NCBI GenBank assembly: GCA_951406725.2
Contig: OX597822.1
Span: forward strand, 16,988,001 to 17,052,000
Direction: 5' to 3'
DNA from: Octopus vulgaris
Taxonomy: Eukaryota
Length of the DNA: 64,000 nucleotides
Positions within the stretch are counted from its first letter, which is position 1. The number at the start of each line of letters is the position of its first letter. The translations under genes and the position numbers were made by a program. Under the pieces are notes generated by a model. The model did not search any database. It was given only the letters and a program-made list of their open reading frames with translations, and was not told the origin of the DNA. Below, one piece after another: positions 39,872-53,615 of the stretch.

Positions 39872-41200
39872 CAGGGTGCAAGAGGTATTTTAAGATATTC
39901 AGTAAATTGCTCTCTTCAAATCAATTAAAAGGTTTTCATTTTTTGTGCTGTGCGGGGACGATAAAAAAAAGACCCGACGTTTCCTTCGCGTCTCGTGAAA
40001 GGAAATTAAAAGGGGCTGAAGAAGGATTTGCGCTTGGATTTCGTAAAACCCTCAACAGCAACGACCACCCAAACAGACCCGTTGGTTGGAGGGTCGATGC
40101 CTCGATGATGCAATGGTGTCATCTGGCAGGAGTAGGAGGGAATCGCCAACAAATGGTGGATGCAGCAATGCACTGTTACAGCGCATTCCCCTACACTACA
40201 TCTCCTCTTTCTTTCAGATTCCTCCTATCAGATAAAATGCTAACGCAAGAAACGAAAAGACGTGCAGCCATTGTTGCGAAATGTGGGCAGAATAGAGCAA
40301 TTTAGAAATTGTCAACATTCGAAATGTTACGAGATCTTTTGTAAACAAAGTTCATATGGAACTGGAAGCCTCTGGAAGGAATATTTCAGCTGTATCAAAG
40401 AGAGAAAGGGAAAAGAAAACTGTTTGAAATGTTCGGAGATTATAAGGACAGAGTAATCTATCGGAAGGGATCAAAACATTATCGATGACAATCCCAGAAA
40501 ATCAATGAGGGTCATTTCGAAGACCTCCAGGGTGGACTATTAGAGATATGGAACACGAGACGATTTGATACAATTCGTATGGACTGACGAAAGGCCAATT
40601 CATGTCCGCAACGACTCAGGGAAACCGTTTGACATGCGCCAGCAAGGTTAAAAGTCCTCACCAGCATGGCATGCTTTTTCTTCTTTGATGGGAAAAATTA
40701 TTTCAACCAAGACCAAAACTCTAACAGAAGAAACAACAGATGGCTATGTGTCGATCCTTCTGATGTCCCCTAATGTGATATGCACTAAGTTTCCAGCGAC
40801 TGCGATGCTTTTAAGAGCGGCAAGTAACGAAGGTCATATCACGACACTTCACACATTTCCGCGGGGTTTTAGAATTAATGCTGCTGAATACGTTTAGATT
40901 CGAAGGATAGTTGTTCAGTCGTGAACGGATGAAGGACGTAGTGAAATGTCATGTATGTTTCAAGCACCGTCAGACAATCTTTACGACCATCTAACACCGA
41001 GCTTGTGGCCTCCAAACTCGCCAAATTTAAATCCCATGGACAACCACGTTTGGTACATTGTTGAAAGAGAGACTAATTGTCATCCTCACAATACTATCGC
41101 TTCCGAGAACATGGGCACAATTTTTTATTAAAATACATTTGGTCTTAGCGAGATTAGACTTGTTTTATTAAGTCACCAAACTGGTCCTTAAAAACCTATG
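39872..41200 (+). mobile_element. Decayed maT/DD37D-like transposon (partial copy repeated at 43680-44328)
   Basis: TA|cagggtgc start. Fragments NRRNNRWL, KFPATAM, FPRGFRINAAEY and WPPNSPNLNPMD..VW.IVERETN parallel the 9.9 kb element. Confidence 0.75.
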
Positions 41201-41220
41201 TATATACTGGGAGAGAGAAG

Positions 41221-41250
<30 letters not shown>

Positions 41251-41257
<7 letters not shown>

Positions 41258-41856
41258 ATACTATAACGGTGCGCGCGCGCGCACCGTCCATTTTCTATTT
41301 CGCGCGTGTTGGTGCCTTCACCAAGGCACAGAAAGGAAGGGCCCTCTCGCGCATGCGCGAACCACCGGAAGCACGACCCTTTTGCCTACCTGGTGGTTAG
41401 CCAAGGCAAGGGGTCGTAGAACGTTTGACCGCTAGCAGCAGCAGCGGCGACTTGGGACAGCAGCGATTGAAGGAGACGGTCACGCATATTTTCTCTCCGT
41501 TCGAACTTGCTTTTAGCAGTCCTTACCAAAAGGCCTTTAACCTGGATTGTTGCCGACCACATTCAACTTCCCTGTTCGACGCCATCTTGAACCCGTTCTG
41601 GTTTTTAGCGGCTGAATATTGTAAATATTACAATCGATTAACTTTCAGCCTTGCGCGCCCAGAACCAAGGACATCAGATAACACACTTATTGTTATTGTT
41701 ACCAAGAAAGAGAATAAAGTAGTATATATATATTTTACGTCTGCGTCTTGTTGTTTCTGACTGGTAGAATTCTGGATTACTAAAGCAACGGCTAGTGATA
41801 GCTCTCTTGTACCCCGAAAGTACAAGAGTAGATATTCACCCTCACATGAAGTTCGT

Positions 41857-41860
<4 letters not shown>
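41251..41860 (+). mobile_element. Solo LTR (610 bp) inserted in (TA)n; duplicate at 44379-44988
   Basis: TGTAGTGA...TCGTTACA termini (TG..CA with a short inverted repeat), CpG-rich 5' part, internal AATAAA. Confidence 0.65.
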
Positions 41861-41924
<64 letters not shown>

Positions 41925-42055
41925 CAGCTGTAGAAACTCTGTCAGATCAGATTGGAGCCTGGTGCAGCCATCTGGTTAGCCAGTCCTCGGTCAAATCGTC
42001 CAACCCATGCCAGCATGGAAAGTGGACATTAAACGATGATGATGATGATGATGAT
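41925..42055 (+). mobile_element. 3' tail of an RTE LINE or RTE-tailed element ending in (GAT)n; also 45053-45183 and ~55830-56040
   Basis: cagctgtagaaac...ccaacccatgccagcatggaaa..ggac.ttaaa(gat)n is the same as the 3' end of the 61.5-63.1 kb RTE. Confidence 0.75.
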
Positions 42056-42759
42056 ATATTATACTACACGGTTATTCACCAAACGTGTGACTTCTGACAG
42101 TAAATACTTACCCCATCGGACTTGAGAAGCAAAACTTAGGTTTCTCCCTCAAGAACCTACCAATGTCTAACAAACAACGATACCGAAAACTCATTCTACA
42201 GAGAAGTTGTGTTCTTATACAGAGGATGCACTGGAGGGATAGAGATGAGCCACTCCGGGGACTCAAGAAATTCTAGTTATGCCTACGAGCTACGCACCAA
42301 CAAGAACCCCTCCCGACAACCCATTACTAGAGTACTCTGAGAGAGAGAGAGAGGGGGGAGATGCTGGACTTCATGAATGAAGGCATTTGATCGGCTAAAA
42401 TTGCATAAATTTAAATGCGTGTAACTCCTTTATTAATTCCACGAAAGAAAAGAAAGAAAGAAACGCAATTTTTGTTATCAACGAGCAAAACTGTATCAAA
42501 AGTACATTTCTGAAAATATTCAGGTGAAAATTTAAGAAAATTGCATTTGCTGGAAGAAACTTAATGAGATGCATTTAATGTGATTTTAGATATTGTTGAA
42601 TGCTCGTATACCTGTCGGCCCGATTAAGGTTGACCCAGGGTTAAGCAACAACAAAAAGAACATCTTCAATTATATAGCACAAACACATCTCTGTCGTAAC
42701 TATCACATTCATTGTTAACACCAAGACAACTACAACAACAACAACAACAACCTTCAAAG

Positions 42760-43070
42760 CTTGTACTTACTTGTACTTGTGACGGCGTTCACCCAGGGCG
42801 GGTTGAGCCGGCTTCTTCTCTGGTCCTGACGGCATCACGAACCATGGCGGCCCACGCTCGACGGTCCTGTGCGAGGTCACTGGAGATAGCGAGCCATTCG
42901 CGGTTCCATTAGGATTCATAGAAGTTTCGTGGGAATATTGAATTCACAAGCGGTCCCCGACATCCCGCATGCAAATCCCGAGTGACGGGACGCCCTGTTC
43001 GCCAAGACCACCTCTACATCAGAATGTCCGCCATTTAACTTCCCATACACCAGTTTGTTTGTTTTATGCT
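42760..43070 (-). mobile_element. 3' fragment of another RTE-like LINE (duplicate ~45888-46198)
   Basis: RC translates ...EWLAISSDLAQDRRAWAAMVRDAV...RPG*, followed by a (caagta)n tail. Confidence 0.55.
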
Positions 43071-43579
43071 TCAGTTCTTAATCTGTCATTACAAATCTAG
43101 TGTACCCCTTCACCACCCTCAGCTTAGTTTTCTATAAAATATATTATTAACAGACATAGCTTGGCACGGTGATTAAGAAGCTCCATTTTGTGATCAAGTG
43201 GTTCCGAGTTCAGTCCCATTGTGCGACACTTTAGACAGTTGTTTTCTATTTTAGTACCGGACCGACCAATGCCTGGTGAATAGATCTGGTAGACGGAAAC
43301 TGTATGGAAGCCTGTCTTGTGTCTGTCCCCCCCCCCACCGCTTGACAACCAGTTTTGGTTTGTTTACGTCTCCGTAACTTAGCGGTTTGGCGAAAATATT
43401 CGATAGAATAAGTACCAGACTTTATAAAAATTAGTTATGGAGTTGATTTGTTCGACTAAACCCTTCAAGGCGGTGCCCCAGCGTGGTCGCAATCCAATGA
43501 CTGAAACAAATTTAAAAATATGAGGTAAATGATGGATATATTAAACATTTTTACGTTATTTAATAAACTAAAAATAAAA

Positions 43580-43679
43580 NNNNNNNNNNNNNNNNNNNNN
43601 NNNNNNNNNNNNNNNNNNNNNNNNNNNNNNNNNNNNNNNNNNNNNNNNNNNNNNNNNNNNNNNNNNNNNNNNNNNNNNN
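43580..43679. other. Assembly gap (100 N)
   Basis: Run of N. Confidence 1.
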
Positions 43680-44348
43680 AACACGAGACGATTTGATACA
43701 ATTCGTATGGACTGACGAAAGGCCAATTCATGTCCGCAACGACTCAGGGAAACCGTTTGACATGCGCCAGCAAGGTTAAAAGTCCTCACCAGCATGGCAT
43801 GCTTTTTCTTCTTTGATGGGAAAAATTATTTCAACCAAGACCAAAACTCTAACAGAAGAAACAACAGATGGCTATGTGTCGATCCTTCTGATGTCCCCTA
43901 ATGTGATATGCACTAAGTTTCCAGCGACTGCGATGCTTTTAAGAGCGGCAAGTAACGAAGGTCATATCACGACACTTCACACATTTCCGCGGGGTTTTAG
44001 AATTAATGCTGCTGAATACGTTTAGATTCGAAGGATAGTTGTTCAGTCGTGAACGGATGAAGGACGTAGTGAAATGTCATGTATGTTTCAAGCACCGTCA
44101 GACAATCTTTACGACCATCTAACACCGAGCTTGTGGCCTCCAAACTCGCCAAATTTAAATCCCATGGACAACCACGTTTGGTACATTGTTGAAAGAGAGA
44201 CTAATTGTCATCCTCACAATACTATCGCTTCCGAGAACATGGGCACAATTTTTTATTAAAATACATTTGGTCTTAGCGAGATTAGACTTGTTTTATTAAG
44301 TCACCAAACTGGTCCTTAAAAACCTATGTATATACTGGGAGAGAGAAG

Positions 44349-44385
<37 letters not shown>

Positions 44386-44984
44386 ATACTATAACGGTGC
44401 GCGCGCGCGCACCGTCCATTTTCTATTTCGCGCGTGTTGGTGCCTTCACCAAGGCACAGAAAGGACGGGCCCTCTCGCGCATGCGCGAACCACCGGAAGC
44501 ACGACCCTTTTGCCTACCTGGTGGTTAGCCAAGGCAAGGGGTCGTAGAACGTTTGACCGCTAGCAGCAGCAGCGGCGACTTGGGACAGCAGCGATTGAAG
44601 GAGACGGTCACGCATATTTTCTCTCCGTTCGAACTTGCTTTTAGCAGTCCTTACCAAAAGGCCTTTAACCTGGATTGTTGCCGACCACATTCAACTTCCC
44701 TGTTCGACGCCATCTTGAACCCGTTCTGGTTTTTAGCGGCTGAATATTGTAAATATTACAATCGATTAACTTTCAGCCTTGCGCGCCCAGAACCAAGGAC
44801 ATCAGATAACACACTTATTGTTATTGTTACCAAGAAAGAGAATAAAGTAGTATATATATATTTTACGTCTGCGTCTTGTTGTTTCTGACTGGTAGAATTC
44901 TGGATTACTAAAGCAACGGCTAGTGATAGCTCTCTTGTACCCCGAAAGTACAAGAGTAGATATTCACCCTCACATGAAGTTCGT

Positions 44985-45052
<68 letters not shown>

Positions 45053-46706
45053 CAGCTGTAGAAACTCTGTCAGATCAGATTGGAGCCTGGTGCAGCCATC
45101 TGGTTAGCCAGTCCTCGGTCAAATCGTCCAACCCATGCCAGCATGGAAAGTGGACATTAAACGATGATGATGATGATGATGATATATTATACTACACGGT
45201 TATTCACCAAACGTGTGACTTCTGACAGTAAATACTTACCCCATCGGACTTGAGAAGCAAAACTTAGGTTTCTCCCTCAAGAACCTACCAATGTCTAACA
45301 AACAACGATACCGAAAACTCATTCTACAGAGAAGTTGTGTTCTTATACAGAGGATGCACTGGAGGGATAGAGATGAGCCACTCCGGGGACTCAAGAAATT
45401 CTAGTTATGCCTACGAGCTACGCACCAACAAGAACCCCTCCCGACAACCCATTACTAGAGTACTCTGAGAGAGAGAGAGAGGGGGGAGATGCTGGACTTC
45501 ATGAATGAAGGCATTTGATCGGCTAAAATTGCATAAATTTAAATGCGTGTAACTCCTTTATTAATTCCACGAAAGAAAAGAAAGAAAGAAACGCAATTTT
45601 TGTTATCAACGAGCAAAACTGTATCAAAAGTACATTTCTGAAAATATTCAGGTGAAAATTTAAGAAAATTGCATTTGCTGGAAGAAACTTAATGAGATGC
45701 ATTTAATGTGATTTTAGATATTGTTGAATGCTCGTATACCTGTCGGCCCGATTAAGGTTGACCCAGGGTTAAGCAACAACAAAAAGAACATCTTCAATTA
45801 TATAGCACAAACACATCTCTGTCGTAACTATCACATTCATTGTTAACACCAAGACAACTACAACAACAACAACAACAACCTTCAAAGCTTGTACTTACTT
45901 GTACTTGTGACGGCGTTCACCCAGGGCGGGTTGAGCCGGCTTCTTCTCTGGTCCTGACGGCATCACGAACCATGGCGGCCCACGCTCGACGGTCCTGTGC
46001 GAGGTCACTGGAGATAGCGAGCCATTCGCGGTTCCATTAGGATTCATAGAAGTTTCGTGGGAATATTGAATTCACAAGCGGTCCCCGACATCCCGCATGC
46101 AAATCCCGAGTGACGGGACGCCCTGTTCGCCAAGACCACCTCTACATCAGAATGTCCGCCATTTAACTTCCCATACACCAGTTTGTTTGTTTTATGCTTC
46201 AGTTCTTAATCTGTCATTACAAATCTAGTGTACCCCTTCACCACCCTCAGCTTAGTTTTCTATAAAATATATTATTAACAGACATAGCTTGGCACGGTGA
46301 TTAAGAAGCTCCATTTTGTGATCAAGTGGTTCCGAGTTCAGTCCCATTGTGCGACACTTTAGACAGTTGTTTTCTATTTTAGTACCGGACCGACCAATGC
46401 CTGGTGAATAGATCTGGTAGACGGAAACTGTATGGAAGCCTGTCTTGTGTCTGTCCCCCCCCCACCGCTTGACAACCAGTTTTGGTTTGTTTACGTCTCC
46501 GTAACTTAGCGGTTTGGCGAAAATATTCGATAGAATAAGTACCAGACTTTATAAAAATTAGTTATGGAGTTGATTTGTTCGACTAAACCCTTCAAGGCGG
46601 TGCCCCAGCGTGGTCGCAATCCAATGACTGAAACAAATTTAAAAATATGAGGTAAATGATGGATATATTAAACATTTTTACGTTATTTAATAAACTAAAA
46701 ATAAAA
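43680..46706 (+). repeat. Near-identical duplicate of 40552-43579
   Basis: Offset 3128 bp with identical ORF translations; only ~2 differences seen. Confidence 0.95.
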
Positions 46707-47110
46707 TAAAACTAAATAATTATTTACTATAAAAACAACATAAATATGACTTATTTTAACGAGACTCCTGACTGTTTTAATTTCGCATAGTTTTTTAATG
46801 TGGTTTCACTTAATGAGAATAACAAAGAATTCTTCAGATTTGAATCATTCAGTTGTGAACTCGTTTTGTGTTTTATTACTTTTTCGGAATGAAAATATTT
46901 ATTCACATCTGTACGTTGTTCCGAAACGACAGATGTAATTTTGGATAAATTATCTTCGTTCTAAAATAATGTTCACTGAATAATGGTTATCAGGTATTGT
47001 TCATGTCAAAAATAATTTGAACGGAGAGAAGCTTATTAAATTTCATTTCCAATAATGAATTTGTTTTCTAGTCAATAAGTTTCATTTTTAAGTTACGAAG
47101 CATCTTCGTG

Positions 47111-47145
<35 letters not shown>

Positions 47146-47696
47146 GTTCGCCGAGTGAAAATAAGTTTCTAAATGCAAGAATGCAGTTTTCCTTCTTTTT
47201 CCTTTCTTTTCTTCCCCAGCGAAATCACGAAAATGACTTTCAAATGATTCTTGCAATAACCTGATTTTTTTTTCTTTCGACATATTGTGCAAAATCGCCA
47301 TTTTCTTCAGCACATTCATTCTGATATTTAAGTGCAGAAACTGATTCGAATTTTCATTTTCTCGTTAAAAGATGAATATTTTTAATTTCTCCTTCAATGC
47401 ATTGATATCATTTACTGAGCGAGGCAAGAACAATTCGTTCTTGCCCGCAGTCACAAATTTTGATCATTAAGATAACACATCATATCAACTAAAAATACTA
47501 AACCAAATAGTTAACTATTATTATTAAAAAAAAACAAATTCTTTCTTTAGGCAGCTCACTCAGTTTTCATTTCAAGAAAATTAATTATTTTTCAGTTCCC
47601 AAAATTCACGCAAAATCAGCTCTCTTGAAATGCAAAATATCTCACAACGGAGGACAAGGTAACCATATTCCAAATCTGACAGTTCGCAATATTCTT

Positions 47697-48090
47697 TTCT
47701 ACTCTAGGCACAAGCCCGAAATTGGTGGGGGGCGGTCGATTAGATCGAACCCCAGTACGCATCTGGTACTTAATTTATCGACCCCGAAAGGATGAAAGGA
47801 AAGTCGACCTCAGCGGAATTTGAACTCAGAACGTAATGACAGACGAAATACCTATTTCTATTTCTTTACAACCCACAAGGGGCTAAATACAGAGGGGACA
47901 AACAAGGACAGACAAACGGATTAAGTCGATTATATCGACCCCAGTGTGTAGCTGGTACTTATTTAATAGACCCCGAAAGGATGAAAGGCAAAGTCGACCT
48001 CGGCGGAATTTGAACTCAGAACGTAGCGGCAGACGAAATACCGCTAAACATTTCGCCCGGCGTGCTAACGTTTCTGCCAGCTCGCCACCT
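47697..48090 (-). mobile_element. SINE family A dimer with a 17-bp TSD
   Basis: cagttcgcaatattctt at 47680-47696 and 48095-48111. Confidence 0.9.
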
Positions 48091-48121
48091 TTGGCAGTTC
48101 GCAATATTCTTAGACTTCTAA

Positions 48122-48400
48122 AGCAGTGAGTTAGCAGACTCGTTAGCACGCCGGTCAAAATGTTTAGCGTGATTTTGTCCGTCTCTACATTCTCAGTTCA
48201 AATTCTGCAAAGGTAGACTTTACCTTCCATTCTTTCGGATTCGATAATCTAAGTACCAGCTGATCACTGGGGTCGAGGTAATCAGCTAGTATCTCCACTC
48301 AAATTTCCGATCTTGTGCCTATCATAAGAAGGACATTTACTCCGACTCTTTATGTTCTGAGTTCAAATCCCGCCGCGGTCAACTTTGCCTTTCAACCTTC
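48122..48400 (+). mobile_element. Older family A SINE copy, head-to-head with the dimer
   Basis: gcagtgagttagcagactcgttagcacgccgg...ctcagttcaaattc...cactggggtcga. Confidence 0.75.
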
Positions 48401-48649
48401 ATCACCAAATTTCTCGAGTCTGACAACTCACTGGGTCGGCAACCCGGTTTCCATGGTGCATAAAGGACCGAGATCATAACATCTCTTCCCCTAGCAGACC
48501 ACACCCCTAAACGAGACGCCAGTCTGTTGCAGGGTCGCTCGTTTACGACTCGGTGGAATAACATGAAATGAAATGTTTTGCTCGAAGACAACACTGCCTA
48601 GTCTGGGAATTGAAACCACGATCTCGCCATCATGAATGCAACAATCTGA

Positions 48650-48950
48650 TTACTTCACACAAGGTCATTTGACCGCCTAGAAATAGCAGCAAAATGATTC
48701 CCTATTTCTTTTACAATACGTGAATAATGTGATTCTTGCACATATGCATGGTCATGGGTAGAACGTCATTGATCACAGGTCGGCTCGTTCAGAGCAGACT
48801 CAAAGCTAAACAACAACACTACAACTCGATCAATATCAATGAGGGGGAACCATTACGTGGTAGTTTGACTCGCTAGAAATAGCAGCCAAATCATCCCTTA
48901 ACAAAAGAGAAACAATGGATAATGATGTCCACGACATATTATATCTGAAG
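48650..48950 (-). repeat. Third dispersed repeat family (ctgatcgagcagacctatgatca...ccatgacc core); pieces also ~17645-17710, 18975-19045, 26015-26070, 50530-50800, 54600-54670
   Basis: Recurrent degenerate core preceded by (ttg)n on the sense strand. Confidence 0.55.
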
Positions 48951-49539
48951 AGGTAAAAAAAGAAAAAGCTTGGGTAAAGGGTTAAACGACTCCAATACCA
49001 TTATCTCCTGCCATGACCAATACCAAAAAGTACCACCAATCTTTGAAGCAGTGTTTATTGATCTTTTCATGGCGTCTGCTTTTAATCCATGCAATGGCCA
49101 ATCTTTGAAATAAGCACAAAAACCTGAGGAGTATATTTCTTGCTCGTCCAGGTTACAATGGTCACTTAAATAGGAGATGAGCTGACTTCAGCCGGCGAAT
49201 TCTAAGAGTTGTAAACTAAAATCCAACCAGATTTAGCAATCGCAGACATCGGACGGGGAGAGCATCGATCCGTTGAGATTATTCCAATGACAATGGGATT
49301 ATTACACTTCACATGTGTCACTATTGTCCACGAGAGAGAGCGGAAGAGAGAGAGGGAGAGAGAGAGAGAGAGAGCGAAAGAGAGAGAGAGGTGGGGGTTG
49401 CATCCTACAGCTTAATAAAACTTGATTCTGTTCTTCAAAAACACTTAAAAAGACCCTTTTAAACCTTGAAATTGTAGTGTTCGTGATCAAATTGTAAAAG
49501 TACCATTTGAAATTTGAAACTATTTTCTTTTGTTTGTAG

Positions 49540-49612
49540 TTTGTCACTCAATTGTCACATCCATCATAATGGCGTTTCGCTGTCATTGACTGACTTCACT
49601 CAATGGTATTTG
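49540..49612 (+). promoter_or_regulatory. Candidate TSS / non-coding first exon (aATGGCG YY1-like motif, donor G|GTATTT at 49605/49606)
   Basis: Sits at the boundary between CpG-retaining and CpG-depleted sequence and is followed by T-rich intron-like DNA. Confidence 0.35.
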
Positions 49613-49962
49613 GGGTCGTTTTTTAATTCTTTTAATTTACTAATTTCTTAATTTTCCATTTCGTCATTTATCTACATTTTTCATCGTTTTTTCTTCATTG
49701 TTCAATTCTGTCCTCTTTCATTTTTGGCCTTTGGTTTACCCCATTGCTAAATGCTAAATTCTCAAGTATCACTTCCTTCTACCTGTTCCTTCTACCTGTT
49801 TCTTTTACCTGTTCCTTCTACCTGTCTGTCATTCCTCCTAACTTAGCACCCACCCTCCTCTCATCATCCTACTGTTATTTCTATGTTCTGACTTTAGGTC
49901 ACAAGCATTTAGGTCCAGTTAATTTGCTCTCTCTTGTCTCGTTCCACACACCAGCCTTGTTG

Positions 49963-49994
<32 letters not shown>

Positions 49995-51054
49995 GGTGTT
50001 TGAGTTTTCTGATTTAACAAAGAAAACCCATGTTCCCACAGGTTTTTGTCAAATGACTGATCCAAGAAGATGTATCATCTTTTTTTTTCTATGACAAGGC
50101 AGGATTTGAACTCAGAACATATTCTAGAAGCCATACACTCTGGCACCCTAAGAATGCTACCAATTCATTGCCCTCAACTGCTGATGTTTTTTATTAGCTC
50201 CACAAAAGATGAAAGACAAGGTTGACCTCGATTAGATTTGAACTCAGAGCACAGAAAGTCAGAATAAATACCAAACAGCAGGCATTCTACCCAAAACTCT
50301 AATGACTCTTGCAATTGATTGCCTTCAACCCGTCTTGGAAGCAGTGAGAAAGGTCATCAGCTCTGCCGTTACTTTGCAAACTCTGACATTAATGAAAACA
50401 AGGTCAGACTTGTATAATTCTTTCGTCTCCAACCAACACAAGAAAATTAACACCCAAAGCAACCAGCAAAACATTTGCAAATATTCCAATCCTGATGTCG
50501 TTTGCAACACAGATTTTTGTGTTATTGCAGTTGTTGTTGTTGTTGTCCAAAGTCAGTCAAAGACCAAACAATCCTATGAAGAAAAAGGATCCAGCTGCTG
50601 CCAGTTCTTTGCTACTATTGTTGTCATTTAACACCAGGTAGCTCTGATGGAGCAGACCCACAATGGAAGACATTCCAATTGTGACTATCCTGCCTTTTAC
50701 TTCCAAGCATATTACCGAGGAGTACAATATCTAATGCTTACTTCCTTTCTATTAAGAGAGTATGATGTAATAAGAGAGAGATTTCACTGCCATTTCTAGC
50801 AGATTGCGAAAACTCATACAGGCTGGTGATCACCTTGCAATCAGCATTAAGAAGGTGATCCAGCTGTGGAAACCACACCTGAACAGACACTGAAGCATGA
50901 CGCAATCCTGTTCATTTAATGTCTCTGTTTTATGCTTGTTGAAGTTAGATGGGTTGACAAGGTCAAACAGCTCCAAGAACAGGATTGCGTCATGCTTCAG
51001 TGTCTGTTCAGGTGTGGTTTCCTGTTTTGCATTATTGTCCCATTTTCTGTATTC

Positions 51055-51095
<41 letters not shown>

Positions 51096-51150
51096 AATAT
51101 ATATGCATATATTTATATATATGTACATTTACAAACATATATATACAAAC

Positions 51151-51205
<55 letters not shown>

Positions 51206-51334
51206 AAGGAATACAGAAAATGGGACAATAATGCAAAACATCCAGACAGATGATACAAAAAAGGGGACAAGAAAAAACAAAGATGGGTCATTCAGTGTTT
51301 TCTTTCGTCAGTCAAGTTCCAGATTATCTTTGCA

Positions 51335-53200
51335 CTAGCTGAATGACCCAGCATTGCTCGGGTTACAGCTCATAATTATTTCAAAATATCTATATTTTAT
51401 TTTAAAATATCCAAACTGTAATTATAATAGAATTTAGAATTGAAAATCTGTCAATGTTGAAGCACCTCAGAGTAAACAATATTCATTGCGTAATTTTTTT
51501 GTTGGTGTCCGAATGAATAAATTGTGGCTGCTTCCAACTCAAGCAACATAGAGTTGGCCTTGGGAGACGCCTGAAGTAGAGGGATCAAGTGCAACTACCT
51601 TGAGGGATTGACCCCTGAGATTTGTTAATTGAAATATCAAAACTTAGTTTGACTGGAAACTGAAGTGGCTTAAATTCAAATGGAACATCTGTAGGTAAGA
51701 AAAGAATTTTTGGAATGAAGACATTTTCTCCATTGTGACTACCTGTTATGATTGTTGCCTGAAGAACATGGGGCTTCATGGAAGTAACAATTACATGGGT
51801 CCTGTTACACAGGACCCATTTCTAAGCAACATTTCTAAGATTTCTAAGCAACATAATGGAAGTACCCAGCTTTAGTGTCAACTTATGCAGTGGCAGCCCC
51901 GTGGGTTTAAGTGTGTTCAGAAATTCAACAGGGTATTGAACAACCTGATCTTGATTGATTGTTGTCAGTTGATTAAAAAGTCATTTCCGATGCATCTGTT
52001 AACTTTTGAAGAAGTCCATGATTGAGTTTATCAACCATTTCACTAGCTAGAACTATTATGGCTGGTTCACAGAGCCAGTTTACATCAGTGTAATTGACAG
52101 ATGAATTAGGAAATACTTTATCCATAAGATCACTAAGAGAAAGTATCATTTGACCACATGTAAATTCATGTAGCTGAAGTCTTGAGTTGAATGTTAATAT
52201 CCCATCAGCAATCTTAAGACGCTCGTATGATCACCTTGCAGAAGTACTCTCATGTTGATTATAAGATGAACTTTTCTCACCTGTCTCCAAAGATAAAAAA
52301 TTTTGAAGCAAGCATTGACCTCATCAGCTTTTGATTATTTGGAGATAACTGGCAACATTTGACGAAAATCTCCTGCAAGAAGAACTGTTACTCTTCCCAT
52401 GAGCATGCTACTGTTTTTTATGTCTTGGAGTGTACAGTCAAGTACCTCTGGAGCTCCACGATGTGACAGTGCACTCGTCTCAAACAATGAAGCAAGTTTG
52501 TTGGAGAACTGTTGTCATTGCAGAGTATTTTAGAAATGTTGCCCATTTGAGATTCTTTCATTGCAAGGTTTAGAGGGAGCTTGAACATGGAAATGAGCAG
52601 TTCTTGAGGCGGGTAGCTGCAATACTATAAGATGCAACACTGGAAGAAGGTTAGATTTTATTTCCTCCCATTTAGAGTTGCAGGTGAAAGTGATAGAAAG
52701 ATCTGGTATTCATTCGTACATATATTGTGAACCAGCTGTGAATGATGATGGGAAGATTATAGGTTCTGCCATGTTTTGAATTTCACCATCTGTCCTCAGA
52801 GCATTTTGGAGATGAACATAATTTTTAGGCCTTAACGTTTTTTTGATTGTAACAAATGTAAAGGAGATGCTGACTCTCAACTTTAGCATATCAACCAGGT
52901 ATTGCTGAAATAGATCATGATGCAGGTGTAATTGATTTGATTGTTGTGGTCTTAAAATCATTTGGTAAGAATAGAAGTCGCTTGACAACACTTTTTTGTT
53001 TGTAATTGGCTCTCCCGTTGCAGGTTCAATCTGTGGAATATTGAAATGATACACATCTTGTCCATTCCACAAAGTAAGAGGATACTGGAGAGCATGATAA
53101 GAGGAATGAGTCTCTGAAACACATTTAAGGTTGTTATCTTGAGCACAAATAAGAATATCACGATTTCCATGGGGATCACCAACCATAAGGATGGCTATTT
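51335..53200 (-). mobile_element. Decayed, internally deleted Helitron (Rep region + PIF1-like helicase) with an intact 3' terminus
   Basis: ISETH-like ..YHALQYPL, LFQQYLVDM, IIFPSSFTAGSQYM; helicase GDFRQMLPV, LQFPVKLSFDISINKSQG, GQLYVA. RC end acccgagcaatgctgggt-cattcag-CTAG|T. Confidence 0.9.
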
Positions 53201-53283
53201 CATTAGTTGTGGACTCATTAAAATGGTGTAAAATGTCCTTTGCTATAGTTTACAACAGACATAACAGACACACACACACACAC

Positions 53284-53314
<31 letters not shown>

Positions 53315-53615
53315 TAGACACTCATAGAATTGATAATATTGAAAAAGAACAAAACGTAAACACACAAAGTTCAAACGAAACAAAATGTAGTCAATATGGT
53401 GAAAAACATACTTTCTGCAGCATAGTTATGCCATAAAATTTTCCTCTTGGGAATATTTCCAAAAGAAATAATCCAGCGTCGGAAAGTCACCAATTTAGCA
53501 AAAATTATTATGCTCACCAATGTAACAAAGTACAGAAAGTCAACATTTATTTGGAACATGCACTTAATGTTATAAAATTCAGGATTGAATGCGATGGTGA
53601 AGAAAGTCAAGTTCC

